Below, one piece after another: positions 56,601 through 64,000 of a stretch of 64,000 nt of DNA. Location: contig JAFWDK010000023.1 in assembly GCA_017513085.1 (NCBI GenBank), forward strand, positions 1 to 64,000, read 5' to 3'. The DNA is from Clostridiales bacterium. GTDB lineage: Bacteria; Bacillota; Clostridia; Saccharofermentanales; Saccharofermentanaceae. Below the pieces are notes generated by a model, which was given only the letters and a program-made list of their open reading frames with translations, had not been told where the DNA came from and did not search any database. Position 1 is the stretch's first letter, and every line of letters starts with the position of its first letter. The position numbers and the translations under genes were made by a program.

Positions 56601-57015
56601 GGCCCTTACCGATCGTGATCGCGAAAGCCTCTGCATCTTTGACGATTACGCCCGCAAAAAAAGGCGCGCGTGCATTATCCTGCTGAATCTTCATTCTTCC
56701 GGTAATGGAAGTTGCTGTATTGACCATCTCACCGATCTGGTCATCCAGAGATCTTCTTCCTGACTTCAATTCCGTGCCCAGGCGGCGCAATACCGGCTCA
56801 TAGGGCGGCAACACATTCGGATCCTGATCCGGATTCGTCTGGTGCGAAAAAATCGAAAAGAAAAAGCCTCTATCTTCTTTATCATTAGTCAGATCCGCCG
56901 AACGGGCCACGGTCTTGCTGGTCACGCGGCCATCCATGTAAAAGGCGTCTGTCAGTTCCGCTGTCGGGAAATATCTAGCTGTTAAAGTAGTCGCTAGACG
57001 AGTCTGCTTAGCCAT
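53674..57015 (-). CDS. Large membrane protein: degenerate PP2C-like N-domain, long acidic Pro/Ala linker, TM, C-terminal LysM-like domain
   Basis: GGAGGAG RBS before ATG 57015; PP2C-like pattern at aa ~50-250; TM LPFILAAISVICLIVIIILIV; C-terminal IKEYNNL...P.AG..VKLP. Confidence 0.7.
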   Translation of the reverse strand: MAKQTRLATTLTARYFPTAELTDAFYMDGRVTSKTVARSADLTNDKEDRGFFFSIFSHQTNPDQDPNVLPPYEPVLRRLGTELKSGRRSLDDQIGEMVNTATSITGRMKIQQDNARAPFFAGVIVKDAEAFAITIGKGLAFLYRDDTLYPMTAADIRIDAINTQRQKVDNFFNFCATKTAPALCSNIAQLKLDDCIILCNREVYEALGQQELLRILYDAEDQSDAASVVMTEAAAKLPGVPLQFMISFVEDITSSDRGGFFGFGRKKKKAVQEVEEDNGEEVDDYDIAPAIPLESPKKEEKPLPKDALLFEDEDVEPKKEPAVPAQPKVPQTTVTDKTERRRINTFASQVAAQVNATTEAAGAGASGAGVAAGAVAGAVAGAAGAASSKGADIAKESADAVKTAIETPIPEPPLVFGDIHDLMKEEANANSSAKPATPAAPTAPVVPAAPVAAQKPAAPTISSLVDDGATKVLPVVDAKSASLPSFGDTGVLPVTPAMQTAPASSPFVQPKTPETPVLKDVTEMPSASALMPQAATPAPKKEEPFVAVKNSENPFFKAAIKAQNEENKVEEKKTEEPANVSFEVGGQAPVDKASEPARNEAKDEAPLFLGDDPFGGIVATEKTEPAKAEQAAEETAKPEIAPSGAVAETDETIPLVFEADDEVKSPMSNESENDPKKFDETPLFFGDAEPSADEEYESHLEYPSDYEPASSIPAPQQPEPAVGDDFVIPFASNDIPQAAQSSANDVPEMPLYEAPSYTPPTYPTNSDTPIGYEDTGVYARGSYTVDEDDLISGAKAAGTPVSPFVADAAPSFGDPAGYEVPSVEPAPYVEEPVSAVQDYVAPQAEVPEYQAPAENVNSYTSFDEPADYAASLEGASPAEEQYDFDNPPPAVADLFDFAPSGRSDDSYSNAAAGAASSVPAYMQQNSVSSSEVPGVPKRQQGGEYRRPGGRPNVAPPRRRVEEVDDGFDDEEGEETNYLPFILAAISVICLIVIIILIVHSCGSSKKKPVETSESSTSIEETSDTSATEDTTTTAAETTAVPADAPIGVYTFSDNSGCRTWWDLFYHVYGTKIDSESDKRVAFIKEYNNLDASYTPKAGDSVKLPPAVMLPQGG

Positions 57016-57127
57016 AAAAAAGCTCCTCCAAATTATGGGTAAACCCACTACTTCCTGTTAATTATATCATAATGTCTTTTTATGCAAGCAGATGGAGTCT
57101 GAAAATTTCAACAAATTTCCAACTTTT

Positions 57128-58969
57128 TCACGACATTTCCTTAACATAGCTCTCCATATCTCTGGAAAGGGCGTCAAACGGTGCGCAGCCGAGGTCCAGA
57201 TAGGCTGTTATAACGTCTTCCGGAGAAACTTTTCCGTCCAGTTTTTCGATAGCAGTATTGATGATCTCGGACGTAAAAAGATACCCGAAAGCATACTCGA
57301 GCGCATAACCCTGGCTTCCCGTGATCCGGGTCCAGTATTCGTCCATGACTTTATCATCCTGTCCGTATTTCTTTATGTATGTCAGACAACGGTCATAATC
57401 CCATCCTTCGTACTCTACGCCCATGGAAAGTCTGGCAGAGACCAGCGCGGAATAGAAAAGATCCGCCATCCACGCCGATTGCGCTAATTCCTGCTCGAAC
57501 GGGGCATATTGGATCATCCTCCATTCGGAATACTGCGCCCAGCCTTCCGCGTACGGCAGACTGGCAGCAAACGCCTGATATTTGTTACCCAGCGTCTCCG
57601 CCTGATACTGATGCTGGTAGAGGTGACCCGGATACATCTCGTGGCTGACAATCGTAAACATATCGTAGCGCGAATCTTCAAAAAGTCCGGTATTCACCCA
57701 AACCTGGTGCTTCGTATAGTTATCGATCGGAGATACATAGTACATCGCCGGTGGCATGGACTCCGCGAATTCCTTCGGCACTTCATAGACAGCCACCGTA
57801 TTGCTGCCGATCGCCGGATAATGCTCCTTGGTAAACCGCTCACACCAGTCTCTCGCCTCATCAAAAGACAAGCCTCCGAACTGGAACAGTGTACCCTTTT
57901 GTTTCCATGTCGGATAGTAAGTATCGTAGATCTCATCGATCGACTTCTGTAAAAACTTGATGCCCTCTTCCGGCGTCATGGATGTACCTGACTTCGTCCG
58001 GAAAAGCGCTTCATAGTAATCTTTTCCTCCCGGAGCAGAGATCATGGTCTTGTTTCCTTTGGAGGATCCCTTCAAGGCAGTAAGCCTCTCGATCAGCATC
58101 TCATATGTCGGGAAGTACTTCTCTTCAAGTAATTCCGAATTCTTCCGGATGAAGGATTTAGATTCCGTAGAAGAAAGTTTCAGCGCGCCCACCCGGCTTT
58201 CAAATGTAGTGCGCATGAAGTGAACATCCTTGTCCTCGATCATCTTCTTGCAATCCTTGATGATCAGATCAAGTGTTTCATCCGACCAGCCGGCTCCCAT
58301 TGAACTTCTGGTCTCCTCGATAGTCATTGCATTATCGAAATACTCGTAGAAATCTTCCAGGATCTTCAAATACCGGTCGACATCCGACTTGCTCTTGAAC
58401 TGGATCAAGGACATAAGGAGCGGGTAAGAGATCTGTTGTCCGGAAGACGGATTCAATGCAGGGATGAACTGATGGTGTTTGTAAACTTCCATCTTGTTCT
58501 GAAAATCAAAAAGCATATCCTCTCTCAGCCTGTTTTCACTTTCACTGAGATTGGAAGTATCCAGTTTTTCCAGATAATCGATACACTCCTTGTACGAAGC
58601 CACAGCCTGATCATAGATCGCATCACTGTTCGCGGCCAGACCTTTGGTCGGCCAATCCGTATAATACCTTGTCGGGTCGTCAAAGGAGTAGTATGTATTC
58701 AGAATATCCGGTGAGCCGACAAAAAGGCTCATGTCCAGATCGCGCAGTTTTTTCGCGTCTTCTGTCATGTCGTCATCCGTCGGTACCACGATACCCCACG
58801 GATCAGACGGTTCCTGTCCTTTTTTGGTGGTCAGCGTCGGCGGCGTGGCCACAGCCCTCTGTCCGGAACTTCCGGAACAGGCTGCTAATGGCATTATAAA
58901 GGAGGCAACAGTCAGAACAAGCGCCCCTCCTCGTAGTGTCTTTTTACTTTTCATATCCCCAAAATGCAT
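57128..58969 (-). CDS. DUF885 family lipoprotein (putative metallopeptidase), copy 1
   Basis: Lipobox LAAC; HEMYPGH, EGWAQY, Y.FG; start uncertain (58954, 58969 or 59008). Confidence 0.85.
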   Translation of the reverse strand: MHFGDMKSKKTLRGGALVLTVASFIMPLAACSGSSGQRAVATPPTLTTKKGQEPSDPWGIVVPTDDDMTEDAKKLRDLDMSLFVGSPDILNTYYSFDDPTRYYTDWPTKGLAANSDAIYDQAVASYKECIDYLEKLDTSNLSESENRLREDMLFDFQNKMEVYKHHQFIPALNPSSGQQISYPLLMSLIQFKSKSDVDRYLKILEDFYEYFDNAMTIEETRSSMGAGWSDETLDLIIKDCKKMIEDKDVHFMRTTFESRVGALKLSSTESKSFIRKNSELLEEKYFPTYEMLIERLTALKGSSKGNKTMISAPGGKDYYEALFRTKSGTSMTPEEGIKFLQKSIDEIYDTYYPTWKQKGTLFQFGGLSFDEARDWCERFTKEHYPAIGSNTVAVYEVPKEFAESMPPAMYYVSPIDNYTKHQVWVNTGLFEDSRYDMFTIVSHEMYPGHLYQHQYQAETLGNKYQAFAASLPYAEGWAQYSEWRMIQYAPFEQELAQSAWMADLFYSALVSARLSMGVEYEGWDYDRCLTYIKKYGQDDKVMDEYWTRITGSQGYALEYAFGYLFTSEIINTAIEKLDGKVSPEDVITAYLDLGCAPFDALSRDMESYVKEMS

Positions 58970-59033
58970 AGTGTTATGTGCTTCCGCCACGGCACCGGAC
59001 TTTGGCACCGTGGCAGAAGATTCGTCTATAGTA

Positions 59034-60989
59034 TTATTTCTGCTCGTCTACATAGAGCTGCATGTACTTGGACAAAAGGTCGAAATTGCTCGGGCCCATG
59101 TTCAGGTAAGCGGCATGGATCTTATCTACGCTGACATCCGGATTATTCTTGATCGCATCGTTAATGATCTGGGTGCAGTTCATGTTTCCGAAGCAGTAAG
59201 GCGTAATGTAGCAAGGAATCTCCACGTCCATGTCATAGAAGAACTCCGCTGCCTCGCTTGCCTGTCCGCCGAAAAGAGGAGTCAGATATTTCACCACATC
59301 ATCATAGCTCCAATCCTCGTAGTGGATACCGATATCCACGCGAGCATGGATATAGTAATTGACAAGATCTTTGTTCAGCTTGAAATAACGGTAAATATTC
59401 TGGCTATAATCGGTAAGACCCATGATGTAGTTCTCGCAATATGTGGACCAGCCCTCTTTATATGCCGTGGATCCGCCGGTCTTCTGATAATAGTTGTTCA
59501 GATGGGCAATGTGGTAAACCGCCTCATAAAGGTGGCCCGGGTATGCCTCGTGCGCAACGGTCGGGATCATATCGCCCAATCCGGTGCTGTTGTCATTCAG
59601 AAGCAGCTGGTTCTTCTTAAGGTTATCAAGCTGTGTGGTCATATAGGCAGCCGGTGAGAAGTTCTCTGACATTTCCTTCGGAACATGGAATGTGTAGTAC
59701 TCATGATCCGGAAGCGCCGGGAAATCGGTTTTGATCTTATCTTTACAGAATTCGATGTCTTTTTCAAAAGAACCCGTCGTGTATTCGTCCGACTGATTCG
59801 ACATGATCTGCTGCTGTTCCTGCGGAGTCATCTTGAATACAAGCTGAGTCATCTCCTTCGTCGTGGAGTCGATCTTATCCTCGAGAATCTTGATGGCTTC
59901 TTCTACTGTCAGCGAAGTACCGGAACGAAGCTGGAAGTAATACTCGTAGAATTCTTTTCCGTCTTTCAGTTCACAAAGATGGCCTTGTGTCTTCGCGGTA
60001 CCGTAAAGATCCTTGATGCCCTTCTCCAACATCTGGTATGCCGGGAAGAAGGCTTCCTCAAGTGCTTTTTTATTCTCATCGATCAGACGTGTCTTCTCAG
60101 CCTGATCGATATCCAGTGCATTGATCTTCTCATCAAATGTCGTGAAAAGATAGTTTCCGTCGTGGTCTTTATAAACAGCCACGCAGGAATCCGCAATATT
60201 TTCCAGATACTTGTCTGGAAGAGAATTGCCCAATTCTGCTCTCTTCTGCTCATACTTCAGAAGGGACTCGAAGTAAGGATAGGTATCTCTCAGCATTTTG
60301 ATATAGCGCTCGGCAGATTCAACATCTTCGATCTGAAGTGTCGCGAAAAGGAGCGGTAACTCCGTCTGAACGCCTGTCAAAGAGTTCAGTGTGGCCGTCA
60401 TGTACTCGAATTTTTCGCCTCTCTTAGAGAACTCGATATCAGCTTTGATGGTCTCATAGAGCATCTTGTCTTCCAGACTCAGATCATCAACATTGATCTT
60501 TGCCAGTTCTTTTTCAATCTCTTCGACTTCTTTCTTATCGTTCTCGTCGTCTTCTTCCGACCAGCATTCCAGTCCCTGTTCCGGCCATTCGATTCCAAGA
60601 TTTTCAGGATGGTCGAGTGTAAACTCCAGGTCAATGATGTCACTGAAACTCTCCTTAAAGAGCTTCTCGTCCAGATCGTGAAGGATCTTGGCGGATTCAC
60701 CGGAAGGTGCAGCGGTGGACGATGGAGTAGTATCTTTGGTAGTATCGTCTGCAGTAGTATCATCTGTGGTATCTGCAGTGGTGTCATCTGTGGTATCTGC
60801 AGTGGTGTCATCCGTGGTTTCGTCAGTTGTGTCGTCCGTGGTTTCTTCCGTAGTTTCCTTCGGCTCGTTAGTTTCACGGCTCGTTCTTGTTTTGCTGGTT
60901 CTTCTCGAGCATGCACAGCTGAAGATCAAAGCTGTCGCCAACACAACACAGCCCAGTTTGCGCATGATCGTTCGAATTGATTTTTTCAT
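59034..60989 (-). CDS. DUF885 family lipoprotein, copy 2, with Thr/Asp-rich linker
   Basis: Signal peptide ending SCAC; HEAYPGH, EGWSTY, ARVDIGIH; AAGGAG RBS. Confidence 0.88.
   Translation of the reverse strand: MKKSIRTIMRKLGCVVLATALIFSCACSRRTSKTRTSRETNEPKETTEETTDDTTDETTDDTTADTTDDTTADTTDDTTADDTTKDTTPSSTAAPSGESAKILHDLDEKLFKESFSDIIDLEFTLDHPENLGIEWPEQGLECWSEEDDENDKKEVEEIEKELAKINVDDLSLEDKMLYETIKADIEFSKRGEKFEYMTATLNSLTGVQTELPLLFATLQIEDVESAERYIKMLRDTYPYFESLLKYEQKRAELGNSLPDKYLENIADSCVAVYKDHDGNYLFTTFDEKINALDIDQAEKTRLIDENKKALEEAFFPAYQMLEKGIKDLYGTAKTQGHLCELKDGKEFYEYYFQLRSGTSLTVEEAIKILEDKIDSTTKEMTQLVFKMTPQEQQQIMSNQSDEYTTGSFEKDIEFCKDKIKTDFPALPDHEYYTFHVPKEMSENFSPAAYMTTQLDNLKKNQLLLNDNSTGLGDMIPTVAHEAYPGHLYEAVYHIAHLNNYYQKTGGSTAYKEGWSTYCENYIMGLTDYSQNIYRYFKLNKDLVNYYIHARVDIGIHYEDWSYDDVVKYLTPLFGGQASEAAEFFYDMDVEIPCYITPYCFGNMNCTQIINDAIKNNPDVSVDKIHAAYLNMGPSNFDLLSKYMQLYVDEQK
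60740..60860. repeat. Coding tandem repeat (12/24-bp period) encoding DTTDDTTA
   Basis: TCATCTGTGGTATCTGCAGTGGTG exact at 60760-83 and 60784-807, with degenerate flanking units. Confidence 0.8.
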
Positions 60990-61169
60990 CAGGTTTCTCC
61001 TTCCATCCGACTCTCTTCTGAGTCATTCCTTTCCTAAAGCAAATACGGTCTTTTGACCGATAGTCTTATTCTCATGTGTCATTTAATCATATAATATTCT
61101 GCTTGTCATGACTAATTGATCACTCTTTATCAAATTTTTAACTTTATTTTTTGCTCAATTAGACAGGTG

Positions 61170-62297
61170 TTATTCGGTAACTTTCTCACTTCGATAGCTG
61201 AGAAGCGTAATGGCCAGGAGAACAAATGCCATGACAAACAGCGATATGGCCACCATCATCATATTGGCAAGCTTTACTCTGGAATGCAATACATCCTGGA
61301 AAACAATACATATGTTATAGACCGGGATCAGATAGTGAAGGATCGGCGAAGTCCCGAAGCGGAACATCGCCAGCATGGCCGCCATGGTACAGGCCAGCGT
61401 AACCGGAAGCTGTGCGATCTGCGCCTGATTTGCATTCTTGCAGAACAATGAGATCAGTATCCCCAGATTGGAGAACAGATAACAAAGAAGCAAGGCATAA
61501 AGCAGGATCAGCAGGAACTCTGCCGTACTCACCTTGATGCCGGCAAACCCGAATACATCCTCCCATCCATTCGCTTCACAGAGTTTACTGCCTAAGACAT
61601 CCAACCCTATGTAGATGCCGCTGCTGAACAAACTGATGAGAGACACCGACCAGATCTTGCCCATGATCAATGACAAAGGCGAGACCGGTGACAGAAGCGC
61701 CTGATAAAATGTCCCCCGCTGCTTTTCCCCGGCAATACTGTCCGAAGCAAAGTTTGAAATGTTCGCGGTAAGCGGGAGGATCAGCATGTACGGGAGAAGC
61801 ATGGCGATCAGACGGTTGTCATCTTCTTTTTTGTTCAGATCCTCCGCAACGACTTTTCGGAAAGAAATGTCCGGATGCCTGCCCCGGAAAAGTTCGGAAT
61901 AGATCTCTCTGACAAAAGAATCCGCCGTGGATTTGAGGTAGGACGAGATCGTGTCTTCTTCGTGATAATAGATATTCACATTGTGCAGATCAGAAAAATC
62001 CACCAGAACATCGTATTTATGGAAAGACTCCGACTGCATAAAAACTGCCGGCTCTTCCGTGACAGATACCACATAGATCTGCTTTTCGTCGAGTTCTCCG
62101 ATGTTGAGACGGTCCATATTGATCCCGTAAAAATACAGAGTATACTCTTCCGCCTGGGTCGTTGTCGGGCGGATCACTGAGATGCCGACCGTGATCATCA
62201 GAGAAAGGATCGGCAGCACGAAAAAGCCGAAGATCATGCTTTTATCCTTGAAGATCTTCGCTATCTCATGTTGAAATATCAATCGTAATCCGTGCAT
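61170..62297 (-). CDS. ABC-2 type permease (NatB-like)
   Basis: DSIAGEKQRGT...LL.P.....I.GK; multi-TM; IPVYN. Confidence 0.85.
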   Translation of the reverse strand: MHGLRLIFQHEIAKIFKDKSMIFGFFVLPILSLMITVGISVIRPTTTQAEEYTLYFYGINMDRLNIGELDEKQIYVVSVTEEPAVFMQSESFHKYDVLVDFSDLHNVNIYYHEEDTISSYLKSTADSFVREIYSELFRGRHPDISFRKVVAEDLNKKEDDNRLIAMLLPYMLILPLTANISNFASDSIAGEKQRGTFYQALLSPVSPLSLIMGKIWSVSLISLFSSGIYIGLDVLGSKLCEANGWEDVFGFAGIKVSTAEFLLILLYALLLCYLFSNLGILISLFCKNANQAQIAQLPVTLACTMAAMLAMFRFGTSPILHYLIPVYNICIVFQDVLHSRVKLANMMMVAISLFVMAFVLLAITLLSYRSEKVTE

Positions 62298-62324
62298 CTT
62301 TCGTCTTTTTCCTGTTCCTGGTTT

Positions 62325-63080
62325 TTACTTTTTCGTGATGATGGCCTGCTCCACATGGTTTTCTTCATAAAGCTTTACGAATGCCTCATCGATCGTCGAA
62401 ACATTCTGCGAGGAAGCCAGATCCGAAACATTGCCGCAATAGACGCTTCGGCCGTCGACGATCACGCCGACACGATCCGCAAGACGGCTCACCAGATCCA
62501 GAATATGTGTGGAAAGAATGATACACTTTCCCTCCTGCTTCAACCGAAGGATATACTTCTCGATCAGTTGTTGTGTCAGGATATCCAGACCGTTTGTGGG
62601 CTCATCGAATATGATCGTATCCGGATCATGCAAAAGACAGATTGCAAGCGAAGTTTTCTGCTTCATGCCGGTCGAGAACGTCTCATAACGTCTTTGGGAG
62701 AATTCGGAGATCCCGAAATACTCAAAAAGCTCTTCCTTATTCTTCTTGATCTGTGATTCTTCCATCTCGTACAACCGTCCGTAGTAGTTCGCCAGCTCGT
62801 CCGGTGTAAATTGCCCGTCAAGACGGATCTCATTCGTCAAGAAGGCGATACGGCGACGTACTGCCAGAAGATCCTCATTGATGTCTTTTCCATCGTACGT
62901 GATCTTACCGGATGTCGGGATCAAAAGCGTGGAAAGCATCCTCATCGTCGTGGTCTTACCCGCGCCGTTCGGTCCGAGGAGCGCGAATATCTCGCCGTCG
63001 TTCACTTCCAGAGATACATCTTTGACCGCCTCGACTTTGTTCTTTTTAAATGTTTTTTTCAGATGTTCGATGGTAATCAT
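62325..63080 (-). CDS. ABC transporter ATP-binding protein (NatA-like)
   Basis: GPNGAGKT, FSTGMKQK, FDEPTNGLD, STH; ATGA overlap with the upstream permease. Confidence 0.92.
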   Translation of the reverse strand: MITIEHLKKTFKKNKVEAVKDVSLEVNDGEIFALLGPNGAGKTTTMRMLSTLLIPTSGKITYDGKDINEDLLAVRRRIAFLTNEIRLDGQFTPDELANYYGRLYEMEESQIKKNKEELFEYFGISEFSQRRYETFSTGMKQKTSLAICLLHDPDTIIFDEPTNGLDILTQQLIEKYILRLKQEGKCIILSTHILDLVSRLADRVGVIVDGRSVYCGNVSDLASSQNVSTIDEAFVKLYEENHVEQAIITKK

Positions 63081-64000
63081 TCGTTCGTCCTTTCCCACAA
63101 AACAGATGACAGTAGAATACCCAGCGCAAAGATCAGCACGCTGATCAGAAAAGCCGTGCCGATCGCCATCAGATCTCCTTGTCCCCGACAGATCGACTTG
63201 ATCGCGATGGACCAGTTCGCTACCGGAAAAAACTTGACGGCTTCATTTTTCGTAAAAGTCGGGATCATGGAGCTGATCGAGATCAGGACCATGCCTGCCG
63301 AAGAAAACAAAGATGCTTTTTTCGTCTGAGTAAACGCAGAAGCGATAGTCATAAAGATGGCCGTCGTCACGAGCGTTGCCGAAAGAAGAAGCAGGATCAT
63401 AAGCGGGAGCCAGGATAGGTCTTTTCCGGCAAGGTCACAGATCGTGCGGAACTGATCCGGATTCCATATACGGAATGCCAGGATCGACGTCAGCACACCA
63501 ACCAGGCCGGAAAGGAAGATCTCCAGCATCAGGACCAGCGTTTTTCCCAGAAGGATCTTGCGCAGGCTTGCCGGGCAGAGTACCAGCGTATCAAAAGTGT
63601 GACGTTCTTTTTCACCGGTCACGGAATTGGCAGAAAGCGAAAGCGCATTGCTGGCCATGGTCAGGAAGATCAGCATGCCGATCAGCCCCGTCATACGATC
63701 CAGAAAAGACTCCAGTATATCTTCTTTGGACGAAAGATCGATCATATTTCTTTCCGGGTAATACTCCATGACTTCGTAATAGATGTCTTCTCCTTCAAAA
63801 GCGAAGCAAAGCGCGTCCGCGAGGTCCGCAGCATCTTTTAGGCATTGGGCGGAAGACAGGATCTCCGAGTCATAATACAGGACTATGGTTTCCTGCGAAA
63901 CCACGACCGCACAGTCGATCCTGCCCTCTTTGACCTCTGTCAGCGGATCTCCGCCGATGGCTTTGGAAAAGTTCGGATAGTCTTTCAGCACGATATCGGC
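63077..64000 (-). CDS. ABC-2 type permease (NatB-like), 5' end beyond the window edge
   Basis: GEKERHTFDTL.L.P.....ILLGK; multi-TM; frame open to the window end. Confidence 0.82.
   Translation of the reverse strand, partial: ADIVLKDYPNFSKAIGGDPLTEVKEGRIDCAVVVSQETIVLYYDSEILSSAQCLKDAADLADALCFAFEGEDIYYEVMEYYPERNMIDLSSKEDILESFLDRMTGLIGMLIFLTMASNALSLSANSVTGEKERHTFDTLVLCPASLRKILLGKTLVLMLEIFLSGLVGVLTSILAFRIWNPDQFRTICDLAGKDLSWLPLMILLLLSATLVTTAIFMTIASAFTQTKKASLFSSAGMVLISISSMIPTFTKNEAVKFFPVANWSIAIKSICRGQGDLMAIGTAFLISVLIFALGILLSSVLWERTNE

Overview
Gene-dense, roughly 50% GC window from a Firmicute (Clostridia-like gene set, AGGAGG ribosome sites, sigma-A type promoters; a gut or rumen anaerobe is plausible but is inference). 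I saw no rRNA, tRNA, CRISPR array, transposase or integrase. From left to right: (1) a signalling cluster of three hybrid histidine kinases, one ending in a DegV/FakB-like lipid-binding domain, plus a REC-GGDEF-GGDEF*-REC-HD-GYP protein; (2) an envelope region with a subtilase and two polysaccharide deacetylases that all carry DUF4214-like repeats, and two paralogous MoxR-DUF58-transglutaminase operons flanking hit/alaS, with a WYL regulator upstream of the second; (3) DUF1015, an FAD oxidoreductase and a DUF2298 (YYY) membrane protein, then glmM, a GlmU-like acetyltransferase and nagB; (4) a MarR-ABC exporter operon, SIMPL/surE/Dabb, an SPFH protein and a lipoprotein, an aminotransferase-serA pair, a large pseudo-phosphatase/LysM-like membrane protein, two DUF885 lipoproteins and an ABC-2 exporter. 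Best leads: a ~200-nt six-hairpin candidate ncRNA at 20730-20931 with its own promoter and terminator, the kinase-DegV/c-di-GMP relay, the pseudo-PP2C/LysM scaffold, the DUF4214/transglutaminase envelope module, and a recurring GCTGTCT/AGACAGC terminator element. All family assignments are by motif recognition, without database searches.
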